Origin: Minisyncoccota bacterium
Lineage (GTDB): Bacteria > Patescibacteriota > Minisyncoccia > Phycocordibacterales > CSBR16-119
Length of the DNA stretch: 39,712 nucleotides
Assembly (NCBI GenBank): GCA_041389065.1
Contig: JAWKSM010000004.1
Location: forward strand, 1 to 39,712
Direction of reading: 5' to 3'
Positions within the stretch are counted from its first letter, which is position 1; each line of letters starts with the position of its first letter. This document shows positions 8,486 to 18,200 of this stretch, in pieces. A model generated the notes under the pieces. It ran no database searches. It was given only the letters and a program-made list of their open reading frames with translations, and had not been told where the DNA came from. The translations under genes were made by a program, and so were the position numbers.

Positions 8486-8722
8486 ATGAACAGAGACATG
8501 TTTTCCTCAGATAGAAAGACGTTTGCTCTTGAGCTTCTCAAAAGAGATCCTGATTTTTTGAAAATGATTCAAAAAGAGCAATCTCAGGGTTATAGAGTCT
8601 TAATTCAATTGCCGAAAGATGGAATCCCTATGGTTGCCGGAGACGATACAATCGAATTTCTTAAGAGTAAAAACGGAAAAAGATTATTAAGAGGATTTGA
8701 AAAAGAAAATATAGAGGAATAG
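8486..8722 (+). CDS. Hypothetical protein
   Basis: The track ORF 8369-8722 starts with TTG. The first ATG is at 8486 (MNRDMFSS...). No family recognised. Confidence 0.4.
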   Translation: MNRDMFSSDRKTFALELLKRDPDFLKMIQKEQSQGYRVLIQLPKDGIPMVAGDDTIEFLKSKNGKRLLRGFEKENIEE

Positions 8723-8888
8723 AATATAAAAATTGATATTGCGTAGTAAAAAGTAGAATAGTGTATCGTTTCAAAGCCATGCCTATTCCGCGCAAGAAAT
8801 AGTTTGAAGATTTCGAGCTTCATCTGTTTCGTGTGTGGGATAGGCTTTTTCTATATCCATACATTTTATTAAAGATTAATAAAATCGT

Positions 8889-9266
8889 ATGACGAAACTT
8901 TCATGGACAACAGGAGTTCGAGAAGTCAAAGACTTACTCCCTTGGAAAGAAAACCCAAGAAAAATCTCACGGGTGGCAATGGAAAAATTAAAAGAAAAAA
9001 TCATTCAAAGTGGTTTTCACAGTGTGATTGTCATTGATACAGATAACACCATTATCTCAGGCAATCAAAGAAAAACTGCTTTGATACAACTCGGTATCAA
9101 GCAGGTAAACGTATTGATTCCAGATCGTAAACTTTCAGATGAAGAACGCCGCAAGATTGCTATTGAAAGCAACATTAATGACGGCGAATGGGATTTTGAA
9201 AAATTAAAGTCATTTGATCTAGGTCTCCCTTCAATTTGCAGGATTCAACGAAAAAGAGTTGGTTAA
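8889..9266 (+). CDS. ParB-like nuclease (ParBc) domain protein, probably the N-terminal half of a ParB-MTase fusion
   Basis: Core is IVIDTDNTIISGNQRKTAL, typical of the ParB/Srx fold. The C-terminal 15 aa look out of frame. Confidence 0.75.
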   Translation: MTKLSWTTGVREVKDLLPWKENPRKISRVAMEKLKEKIIQSGFHSVIVIDTDNTIISGNQRKTALIQLGIKQVNVLIPDRKLSDEERRKIAIESNINDGEWDFEKLKSFDLGLPSICRIQRKRVG

Positions 9267-10164
9267 GTTTTGGGACGAAGAAAAAGATACCAAAGATGAC
9301 AAATTCGATGTTGAGAAAGAACTAAAGAAAATAAAAACACCACAGACTAAACCCGGTGACCTCATTATCATGGGTGGTCACAAGTTGTTGTGTGCTAGTT
9401 CAACTGATGTTAATGCTGTTAGAAAACTGTTCGGAAATGATAAAGCTACGGCTATCTACAATGATCCGCCTTTCAATATTGGACTTTCATATGACAAGGG
9501 CGTAGGTAAGAGGTCCAACTACGGAGGCACCTTTGACGATAATCAATCTCCCGAACAATACAAGGAGTTTATTCGTAAAGTTCTAAAATCTTCACTTGCC
9601 ATATCCACCAAAGACGTTCATGTGGCGTTTTGGTGTGACGAAGCGTGGGTGTGGGTTTTTCAAACTTTGTATATGGAACTTGGTGTTAAAAACAGAAGGC
9701 TCAATGTTTGGATTAAAAACAACGCATCGCCTATACCGACCGTAGCGTTTAATAAATGTCTTGAATATTGCGTATATGGCACGAAAGGATCTCCATATCT
9801 TTCAGACATTCTTAAAAATCTCAATGAAGTACAAAACAAAAATTATGGAACTGGTAATCAGCTTCTAGAAGATATCTCAAATATCTGGGCGACCAAACGA
9901 CTACCTGCAAATCAAATGGAACATCCAACAAGCAAGAATCCTGAACTTCACCATAAGTTTATTATGCGTTGCACTAAGCCAGGAGACATCATCTTTGACG
10001 CCTTCTCGGGTTCGGCCAGCACCATGATCTGTGCGGAACAATTAGGTAGAAGAGTCTATTCTCTAGAGACAGAAAATGTGTTTTGTGATTTGGCGATTCG
10101 CAGGTACGAGAAGTTGACTGGCTGTAAGGCACAAATAATCAAGAACTTTTATGAAAAAGAATAA
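9259..10164 (+). CDS. DNA methyltransferase (N6-A/N4-C, beta class), probably the C-terminal half of a ParB-MTase fusion
   Basis: Motif IV is NDPPFN. The SAM motif I near the C-terminus is IIFDAFSGSASTMICAEQLGR. The frame is open back to 9223 and reads VSLQFAGFNEKELVKFWDEE. Confidence 0.85.
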   Translation: MVKFWDEEKDTKDDKFDVEKELKKIKTPQTKPGDLIIMGGHKLLCASSTDVNAVRKLFGNDKATAIYNDPPFNIGLSYDKGVGKRSNYGGTFDDNQSPEQYKEFIRKVLKSSLAISTKDVHVAFWCDEAWVWVFQTLYMELGVKNRRLNVWIKNNASPIPTVAFNKCLEYCVYGTKGSPYLSDILKNLNEVQNKNYGTGNQLLEDISNIWATKRLPANQMEHPTSKNPELHHKFIMRCTKPGDIIFDAFSGSASTMICAEQLGRRVYSLETENVFCDLAIRRYEKLTGCKAQIIKNFYEKE

Positions 10165-10564
10165 ATTTCAAGATCAGTTCTTGGAGGAACTACGAAAAGT
10201 TCCAATTGTCCAGGTTGCTTGCGAAAAGACTGGGTTATCAAGAAACAGTGTATATCGTTGGAAGCGAGAAGACAAAGAGTTTGGAAAGAAAATGGATGAA
10301 GCGTATGCAGAGGGTGTTGCATTGGTAAGTGATATGAGTGAAAGCCAGTTACTTACCCTTATTAAGGAGAAAAACTATTCGGCGATAAGCTTCTGGCTTC
10401 GTCATCGAAACGACAACTACAAAAACAAACTTGAAATTACCACCAAAGAAGATCCCGAAGAGCTAACACCGTCACAAGCAAAAGTTGTGAAGGAAGCCTT
10501 AAAACTTGCAAAGATTACAAAATCAAAATCTATTAGAAATATTAATCGAAAAAAACATGACTAA
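10151..10564 (+). CDS. terS: Terminase small subunit-like HTH protein
   Basis: HTH segment VACEKTGLSRNSVYRWKREDKEF..KMDEA. Overlaps the MTase stop by 14 nt and the TerL start by 8 nt. Confidence 0.6.
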   Translation: MKKNKFQDQFLEELRKVPIVQVACEKTGLSRNSVYRWKREDKEFGKKMDEAYAEGVALVSDMSESQLLTLIKEKNYSAISFWLRHRNDNYKNKLEITTKEDPEELTPSQAKVVKEALKLAKITKSKSIRNINRKKHD

Positions 10565-12050
10565 AATAATTTCAAAAACACTTATAGACACGATGATAAA
10601 AGATCGTTCAGTGCGAACATCAATTACAAAAGACAGTTTTCTGTACTTCTTTCATTTCTACTACGCTCACTACGTAAAGTATGAAACAGCAGACTTTCAA
10701 AAAGAGATCATTCATAATCTCGAAAAAAGTACTACCGAAAATCTGTATGTAGTTGCGTTCCGTGGATCGGGTAAATCAACTATGGTGACAACTGCATACC
10801 CAATCTGGGCAATTCTTGGAAAACAACAAAAGAAATTTTGTATTATCTTCTGTCAAACCAGAGCACAGGCAAAACAGCACATGATGAATATCCGTACTGA
10901 ACTCGAAGGTAATGATGTGCTGAAGAGAGACCTCGGGCCTTTCCAAGAAGAAAGCGATGAGTGGGGCTCATTCTCTCTCGTGTTTAAAAAACACGGTGCC
11001 AGAATTACAGTTGCTTCAAGTGATCAAAGTATTCGAGGAATACGCCACAACGAACACCGTCCAGATCTCGTAATCTGTGATGACGTTGAAGATGTGCAGT
11101 CAACCAAAACTCGAGAGGGTCGAGACAAGACATATCATTGGCTTCGAGGCGAAGTTATTCCTGCAGGAGATAGAAAAACAAGACTGATCATCGTAGGTAA
11201 TCTTCTTCATGAAGACTCACTACTTATGAGGATCAAGGATGAAATAACTAATGGCAAGGCAAAAGGAATTTTCAAAGAGTATCCGTTGATTGATAAAAAT
11301 GACGTTTGCCTTTGGCCTGGAAAATACAAAGACGAGAAAGATTTAGAAGATGAAAAAATGAAAGTTGCTAGTGAGATTGCTTGGCAACGAGAATATTTGC
11401 TTCGCATTATTCCAAGTGACGACCAGGTTATTTATCCAGAATGGATCCAATATTACGACGAGCTTCCAGGAGCAAAACATAAAGCTTATCGAGGTACGTA
11501 TGCTGGAGTCGATCTCGCTATATCAGAAAAAGAATCTGCTGATTTCACTGGTGTTGTTTCCGCACACGTGTACGGTAGAAGGGAAAAAATGAGAATATAT
11601 GTTCTCCCAAATCCAATTAAAAAGAAACTCAATTTTCCTGCACAGGTTGATTTGATGAAAGATTTCAAGAAGACTCAAATGCCAAAATCAACAGACATAT
11701 TATTTGTAGAAAGTGTTGCGTACCAAGAGGCTTTGCCACAAATGCTAGAACTTCATGGGATCCAAGCAACAGCAATTAAACCAAAAGGGGACAAGAGGAC
11801 GAGACTACAGTTAACTTCAACAGTCATAAAATCGGGTGTAATTAAATTTCCAAGACACGGATGCGAAGACCTCATCGAACAACTTGTAGGGTTTGGTGTT
11901 GAAAAGCACGACGATCTTGCGGATGCTTTTTCGCTCTTGATTAATGCCACGTTGGATAAACACTCAAATGAATCAACATGGTTGATGTTCTGGCCTGGTG
12001 GAGGTGATGACAGTACTCTATATTTCTCCGACTATGTTGACGTTGGGTAA
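10557..12050 (+). CDS. terL: Terminase large subunit (ATPase plus nuclease)
   Basis: Walker A is AFRGSGKST and Walker B-like is DLVICDDVED. C-terminal RNase H-like nuclease with GVDLA...D.ADAF. The ATG at 10557 is preferred over the track start at 10506. Confidence 0.85.
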   Translation: MTKIISKTLIDTMIKDRSVRTSITKDSFLYFFHFYYAHYVKYETADFQKEIIHNLEKSTTENLYVVAFRGSGKSTMVTTAYPIWAILGKQQKKFCIIFCQTRAQAKQHMMNIRTELEGNDVLKRDLGPFQEESDEWGSFSLVFKKHGARITVASSDQSIRGIRHNEHRPDLVICDDVEDVQSTKTREGRDKTYHWLRGEVIPAGDRKTRLIIVGNLLHEDSLLMRIKDEITNGKAKGIFKEYPLIDKNDVCLWPGKYKDEKDLEDEKMKVASEIAWQREYLLRIIPSDDQVIYPEWIQYYDELPGAKHKAYRGTYAGVDLAISEKESADFTGVVSAHVYGRREKMRIYVLPNPIKKKLNFPAQVDLMKDFKKTQMPKSTDILFVESVAYQEALPQMLELHGIQATAIKPKGDKRTRLQLTSTVIKSGVIKFPRHGCEDLIEQLVGFGVEKHDDLADAFSLLINATLDKHSNESTWLMFWPGGGDDSTLYFSDYVDVG

Positions 12051-12055
12051 ATAAC

Positions 12056-12835
12056 CTACTCTAGATTTTCTAATTGAGTAGAATCTTGATTAGCATTAGT
12101 TTCTGTATTCTGTTTTGTCGTAACCTTTCTTTTTCTCTGACTAACCATAATCGGAAGTTTTGGTTTTACTGACTCAATCTTGGTTGTAATAATCTTGTAA
12201 ACTGAATCTAGAATATCCTTCTCGCTAAAATACAGTCCTGTTTTGTGTTTTAGGACTTTCTTGAGAAATCTAATAACTTCAACGGCGTAAAGATTGTTAG
12301 ACAATTTAGTTGGTTCAAGAGCTTCAAACCGAGCCCAGAAATCATTGAGTTCGTCTTTCAAAACACTTTTCTTGGTCAAGAAAAACATAAATTCTGACGC
12401 ATGTTTTAACTCTGCGGTATTTGAAAGATCAAACTCGAAAACTTTTCTGGTCGTAATTGGTTTACCAAAAATTACTCGATAGAGTTCGACTTGTTTACCG
12501 TTTGTAAGAATTATCCAATCAATACCTTCGTTGGCCGCGTAGCTAATACTCTGTCGTAGATGTCGCTCAGACAGATCAAGCTGAATGGCTTTTACTTCGA
12601 CTACGAATTGTTTCTTTCTTTTGACTTGGATAATGTAATCAGCATATTCTCCACGAATTCGATATTCTGTTTTTATTTCTTCTAGCTCTGTATATCCCAA
12701 GACATTGGTTAGCAGGCTATTTATCATGAGTCTTGTTGCTGATTCATCGAGATCTTTGTATTGCTTCTTCAAATATTGTTTGGAGTAGTTTTGGAGTTTT
12801 TTATAAAATTCCTGTTTTTGTAATTTTGTTGCCAT
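12056..12835 (-). CDS. Stand-alone HsdR_N-like PD-(D/E)xK nuclease-fold protein
   Basis: YADYII...KKQFVVEVKA......RHLRQ...YA...G..WIILTNG is the pattern of type I restriction HsdR N-terminal domain proteins. Confidence 0.6.
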   Translation of the reverse strand: MATKLQKQEFYKKLQNYSKQYLKKQYKDLDESATRLMINSLLTNVLGYTELEEIKTEYRIRGEYADYIIQVKRKKQFVVEVKAIQLDLSERHLRQSISYAANEGIDWIILTNGKQVELYRVIFGKPITTRKVFEFDLSNTAELKHASEFMFFLTKKSVLKDELNDFWARFEALEPTKLSNNLYAVEVIRFLKKVLKHKTGLYFSEKDILDSVYKIITTKIESVKPKLPIMVSQRKRKVTTKQNTETNANQDSTQLENLE

Positions 12836-12852
12836 ATAAGTTATCTTTTAAA

Positions 12853-13608
12853 TTATTGATTACCGACCTTTTTTATTAATGTCATAAGCTCGTAAGAATC
12901 TTTTATCGCCTGTTGGTCTTTTTTGGTAAGCGTAAAATCAGAATTTTTTTGATCTCCAGAAAATCTCACTCGTACATCCAAATCTCCACTACTTGCAATA
13001 GCTTGGATTATTCCGTTATCTTTGTTACCTGTAAAACTAACGACCTCCCAAACACTTCCACCAGAATTTTGAGTTGCATTATCTGGATCATACGTAGGAA
13101 CTTCTTGCGATTTCAAAACAAGTTCTCCAACTTTGACTTCCACTCTCGTGTGGAATATCCAATTCTCCCCATAATACTGACTTTCCAAATACCCATACCC
13201 TCTGTTGTTTACCGGTACTTTTATAAGTCGTCTATTGTATGAATTTTCTGCTAGTTGATTTTTGTGGGTGTACCAACCAATGTTATTAAATTCATCATAT
13301 TTGTATGTAAAGTTTTTCTTGAGCTCCTCTAGTCTTGCCTTATTTGCTTCTAAAATCGCTGGATCAACCGGTTCAGGTGTTGAAGCAACTACATTCTGAT
13401 TGGTAGATACAGGAGATGGGGTAGAAGTGTTTTTATTATCAGCACTTGAAGCGCTTACGATTAAAATAATCACTAAAAATCCGAGTCCTGTAAGAATCGG
13501 ATGTCGACTAAACCAACTTCTTAGATCTGTCTTGCAGTGAACACACTTCTTTGCTTTTGAAGGTATGTCTGACTGACAAGAAGGACACTTTTTCGTTTCT
13601 TCTTTCAT
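12853..13608 (-). CDS. Zn-ribbon / single-TM membrane protein with an extracytoplasmic domain
   Basis: N-terminal CPSC...CVHC zinc ribbon, one TM helix and a 170-aa C-terminal domain of unknown family. Confidence 0.6.
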   Translation of the reverse strand: MKEETKKCPSCQSDIPSKAKKCVHCKTDLRSWFSRHPILTGLGFLVIILIVSASSADNKNTSTPSPVSTNQNVVASTPEPVDPAILEANKARLEELKKNFTYKYDEFNNIGWYTHKNQLAENSYNRRLIKVPVNNRGYGYLESQYYGENWIFHTRVEVKVGELVLKSQEVPTYDPDNATQNSGGSVWEVVSFTGNKDNGIIQAIASSGDLDVRVRFSGDQKNSDFTLTKKDQQAIKDSYELMTLIKKVGNQ

Positions 13609-13919
13609 ATGTATTTATAAATAAATTAATAAAAAGTTAGTGGCAAACAAAAAGCCCACCACCAGATAGAGCCGAAGCTCATATCTCAAGTTTCCCTGAA
13701 ATAGCACAAACAGTGACCTCTGATGATGGGGTCTTTATACTGTTTGTGTCTAACTATATTCGGGCCATATCGTCGCCCAAAGGCGCCGGGTTAGGTCACT
13801 ATGTTGTATGTATATAATATCGTAAAAAAGCTCTCTTGCTAAGAGCCCAGGCGAGTATGCAATAAAACCGCTAGTCTGCATAGCTATGCAGGGTTTATGG
13901 GTCTGGCATTAATATATCT

Positions 13920-15224
13920 ATGGAAGAAAGAGCGAATCAAGGAGTTGTCACTCCTCCTCAAAAAATTAAATACGTCCTATACGCACGCAAAAGCACGGAC
14001 AGTGATGAGATTCAAGCCTTGTCTATAGATTCTCAGGTCAAAGAAATGCTTCAAATTGCTGAACGGGAAGAACTTGAAATTGTTGATATTAGAAGAGAAG
14101 CTCACTCTGCAAAAGATTCAGGTCAACGACCAGTCTTTAAAGAAATTATCGAAGACATACGAAGAGGTCGTTTTAATGGAATTATTGTTTGGCATCCTGA
14201 TAGATTAAGTAGAAACGCAGGGGACCTGGGAACCCTAGTTGATCTCATGGATCAGAAACTTTTGATTCAGATTAAAACCTACGGACAGAATTTTACTAAT
14301 AGTCCAAGTGAGAAATTTCTTTTGATGATCTTGTGTAGTCAGGCGAAGTTAGAGAATGATAATAAAAGTATAAACGTAAAGAGGGGACTACGAGCCAAGG
14401 TTGAAATGGGGTTGTGGCCATCTGTGGCACCAACAGGGTATCTCAATGAAAAACGAATGGACAGAAAAGGTCATGTACTAGTAGATACTGAAAGGGCACC
14501 GACTATAAAGAAAATCTTTGAAAAGGTGGCGTATGAAAAGTGGTCAGGCAGAAAAGTATACAACTGGCTCAAGTTTGATCTGAACTACAAAACCGCAGCC
14601 GGAGGTAAAAACCTGTCTCTAAGTAATATTTATATCATCCTCCAAAACACTTTTTACTATGGAATGTTTGAGTACCCGCAGAAGTCTGGAAATTGGTATC
14701 AGGGCAAACACGATCCACTCATTACCAAAGAATTGTTTGATCAAGTTCAGGATCAAGTAAAAAGCCAGTTTGTGAGGGTGGAAAATAAAGAATTTGCTTT
14801 CACTAAACTCATGTTCTGCGGACTGTGTGATTCTGGAATAACGGCAGATGAGAAATTCAAGAGACAGAAAAATGGCAACGTTCACCGGTATGTTTACTAT
14901 AAATGCTCAAATTCAAAAGACAGGACTTGCAAAAACGGCTATCTGGAAGAAAAAGAACTAATTCGACAATTTGGAGATCTGATGGATCGAATAGATCTAA
15001 ATGAAATTGGGATAAGAGAAAAACTAAGATCTGAAGTAGAGAAATTCAAGAAATTCCAAAAACTTCTTTCTGGAAAATCAAAGAAAGTTGAGATAGAGGA
15101 TATAGATATACGGAATTATGCGAAGTTTGTTCTTACTGAGGCGAGTATTTTGGAGAAACGAGAGTTGCTAGGAAATCTTAAAGGAAAAATCAAGTTGAAA
15201 GACAAGAGAATTAGCCTTTCTTGA
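13920..15224 (+). CDS. Large serine recombinase (resolvase catalytic domain plus recombinase domain plus Zn ribbon)
   Basis: YARKSTDSDEIQALSIDSQ catalytic Ser context, RLSRN, and a CGLC...YYKC zinc-ribbon segment. Confidence 0.9.
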   Translation: MEERANQGVVTPPQKIKYVLYARKSTDSDEIQALSIDSQVKEMLQIAEREELEIVDIRREAHSAKDSGQRPVFKEIIEDIRRGRFNGIIVWHPDRLSRNAGDLGTLVDLMDQKLLIQIKTYGQNFTNSPSEKFLLMILCSQAKLENDNKSINVKRGLRAKVEMGLWPSVAPTGYLNEKRMDRKGHVLVDTERAPTIKKIFEKVAYEKWSGRKVYNWLKFDLNYKTAAGGKNLSLSNIYIILQNTFYYGMFEYPQKSGNWYQGKHDPLITKELFDQVQDQVKSQFVRVENKEFAFTKLMFCGLCDSGITADEKFKRQKNGNVHRYVYYKCSNSKDRTCKNGYLEEKELIRQFGDLMDRIDLNEIGIREKLRSEVEKFKKFQKLLSGKSKKVEIEDIDIRNYAKFVLTEASILEKRELLGNLKGKIKLKDKRISLS

Positions 15225-15252
15225 AATATAAATATTTAATAGGTCTTATTTT

Positions 15253-18200
15253 TTAATCAGTAATCGGCCTTATTAATACTGTACGCATAGTATCATTTCC
15301 TTTTTTATAGGAATTAACTTCTTCTAGTTCAAATCTGACACCAATATCTTTACCAATACTTTCAAGTTGTTTTAAGATTATTTGATAACTCGTCTTATCT
15401 CTCGCATTTGCAAGTATTGGTATAAATCTATTTTTATCTATATATTCACTCTTGTACCTCTCAATAAAAGCCTTGATTAGCTTACCGCCAGCTAACTTTG
15501 ATTCTGTGTTGGCGGCAAGATCTGCTACATAAATTACTTTCTCATTTTCCTCTACAGAACCTTCGTATGCAAGAAGATATCCCTGGGTCTTTTTCTTCTC
15601 ATCCTCATATTTAAGTGCCATATTGGGAAGATTGAAATGAGAGTTTAATATATCTTTTGCAATTAGACCATTTTCTATATTGTGTAAATATTCTTTTAGG
15701 GAAGAATTGTCGTCGTATGCTTTTCCTTCGATATATGCGGCACTAAGAGTATCTGCGTATGTCAGGTCAGAAATACCCTGTATACTTGATTCTATTTTTT
15801 TAATACTTGGCTTATTTTTAGCACTTAGTTTTTTCTGTAAAATTAATTTTTGTTTCGTTAAATCAATTACTTTTGCAGTTTTTCCTATGTTATCGCTGTA
15901 TCCAACAGGAGCAGTTGGTACAAAAGTATTATCAATATTTTGGCCAATACTTGCATCAGTGTAACCGGTTCCAATTACGACACGATTAGTATCAAGATTT
16001 TCCTTTTCTCCATAGTGTTTTGCATACTCACTAAAGAAATCGTCATATAAAACTTCAAGATCAGTAATGTCTCTAAAGTTAGGACTTACCTCGATATTGT
16101 CGCACGTCATTATATCTTTCTCATTTACTAACACATCATCAGAAAATATCCCGTTTAAAGAAGTTTTTTCATTTCCGTTCAATTTTTTTAGCAAATCTGC
16201 GACGTTTACCTTTATATCCCGATCTTTTGTAACTACAGATTGGGCTACCGTTTTCCACTCTCCATCTTTTGATTTTCTCTGAACCACCAGCTGACCACAA
16301 ACAGGATTATACATATACACGTTATTTTTCCCTGAACCGAATGGCATACAACAAGCTGTGTCGTTTCCAGCTACTACCACTTCTGGGTCGCTCTTTAGTC
16401 CAATCTTCATTCTGTATTCCTTTATAGGTAGAGCCAGTCCGTATTCTCCGTTATATAAGATACTCTGAAAGTCTTGTTGTAAATTTTCCGGGATAGCAAT
16501 TTGACCTTTTATTATTTCCATCAAGTTCAATCTTTCTTTTTTAGATAAATCATTTAATTTTTTAAACAAAACTCCTGGATTTTTTGCAATACCAGTGATT
16601 TTCTCACCTCTTGAGCCAAGCGCCTTTTTCATTTGATCTACAAAAGACAGATGAGTAATCTCTCCTTGAGGTATCTTATACTCAATTTCAAGAGGCTGCC
16701 ATGCTTGTATTTGGTCGAGTGATCCCTCTATCAAAGCATCTCTTAAATCTTCTGAACGAAGGTCCATGTAGGGAATTTCTGTATAGTTTGAGGGCTTCTT
16801 TAATTCATGGGTGCGGCTCGCATGCTCATCACCGACACCTAGAAATCCAGATGGGTTTTGCCAGAACTCAATTACTGACTGAGTATTAATATTCGGATGA
16901 AAAGCTAAATATTCTACATAGTCTTTTAATTTTTCTTTTCCTTCGCCCGAAAGATCTTTGAGTTGCTCTAAGATTTCTGATTTATTTAAAAGTTCTATTA
17001 AATCAGCAAAGTTTTTCAAAGATTTCCAATTAATAAAAATGTCTCCCGGTTTTTTGATTTGATCTACCAAGTCTTTTATTTTTTTGATTTCGTATTCCGT
17101 TGCTTTCTTTAGTTTTTCTAAAACATCTATATTTTCAAAAACATCAGCAATATTATTTAGTTTTTGATATGAATTAATTTCTAAAGTTTCGTAAGCTTCG
17201 CCTCCATCATCCTCTTCTTCCATATACTCCTCTGCTACGCCGTAATTTCCGGCGTCTCGTTGAACCTGGAGTAGGATGTTGGCATAGAACTGCTCGGGTT
17301 TTAACCCCGACTTCTGTGCCATATTGATTACCTTTTTAAAAGCAAAAAGTTTGTCATGGTGGTTTTTACCACCCACGAACTTAAACATTTTTTTGTATCC
17401 AAAATATAGGGCACCAGTTTCAAACGCCTCCTTAATTTCATGATCTTCTTGAGTCCAAACCGAATCTTCCATATTTTTGATATTTTCAAAAATATATTCG
17501 TAGTCATTTTCTGTTTGTGGGTCGTACTCAACTTCATGTTCATCTATTTTGTTTAAATCAAGCCCTCTTTCTTCAACAAGTCTTTTTTTTATTAAGATAT
17601 TTTCTCCTAAAGAAAGTGTTTCTATGTATTTCCAAGATAGACCAAGGATATTTTCTGTAAAAAATTTTTTTGTTTCTTCTGTTTCAACCATACTTCCCAG
17701 AGAAAGTTCATTTAATTTTATAAGTTTTATTGTACCCAGTTTTACTTCAGCATCTGAAATCTCTAGTCTTTCTTTGAGATTTATAGCAATGTATATTTTA
17801 CCAACAGACATCCAGTTGCTAATGGATTTAAGCACTATTTCATTAGCGGTTTCATTGTCTATTAGGAATTGTTTTTGTATTTCTTTAAAATTTTCTGTTA
17901 TATCGTCTGCCACACCTCCGTTCATGTTCAAAATCCAGAGCATTTCTTTTTTTGCCAGTTTTTGAACATTTGGACTTCTTATAAACTCTTCGGAAACATT
18001 AAAATTATTTTTTAATGAAATAACCTCAGCAATGTGACTTTGATCTAGACGCTTTAGAATCCACTTTTCAACTATTTCTTGTACATCACTTTCTGCCAAG
18101 TTGAACTCTCTCGCAATATTGCCTGCTGCAAGTGAATCCTCTCCCTTTATTTTATTATCCATCGCCCTTTTCGCCACTGTTTGAATATCGACATCGGTAA

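Larger units (their letters stand above)
5380..15224. mobile_element. Integrated phage-like or satellite-like island (recombinase scar to intact serine recombinase)
   Basis: Contains a repressor, ParB-MTase, TerS, TerL, nucleases and a large serine recombinase, and interrupts housekeeping blocks. The boundaries are approximate and no att repeats were identified. Confidence 0.6.

Noticed and set aside
8723-8888. Possible ncRNA or terminator in the spacer before the ParB gene (gcctattcc ... gggataggc pairing about 50 nt apart followed by ttttt)
   Set aside because: The pairing is short and imperfect with a large loop. It is compatible with a weak terminator or attenuator, but there is too little evidence to call a feature.
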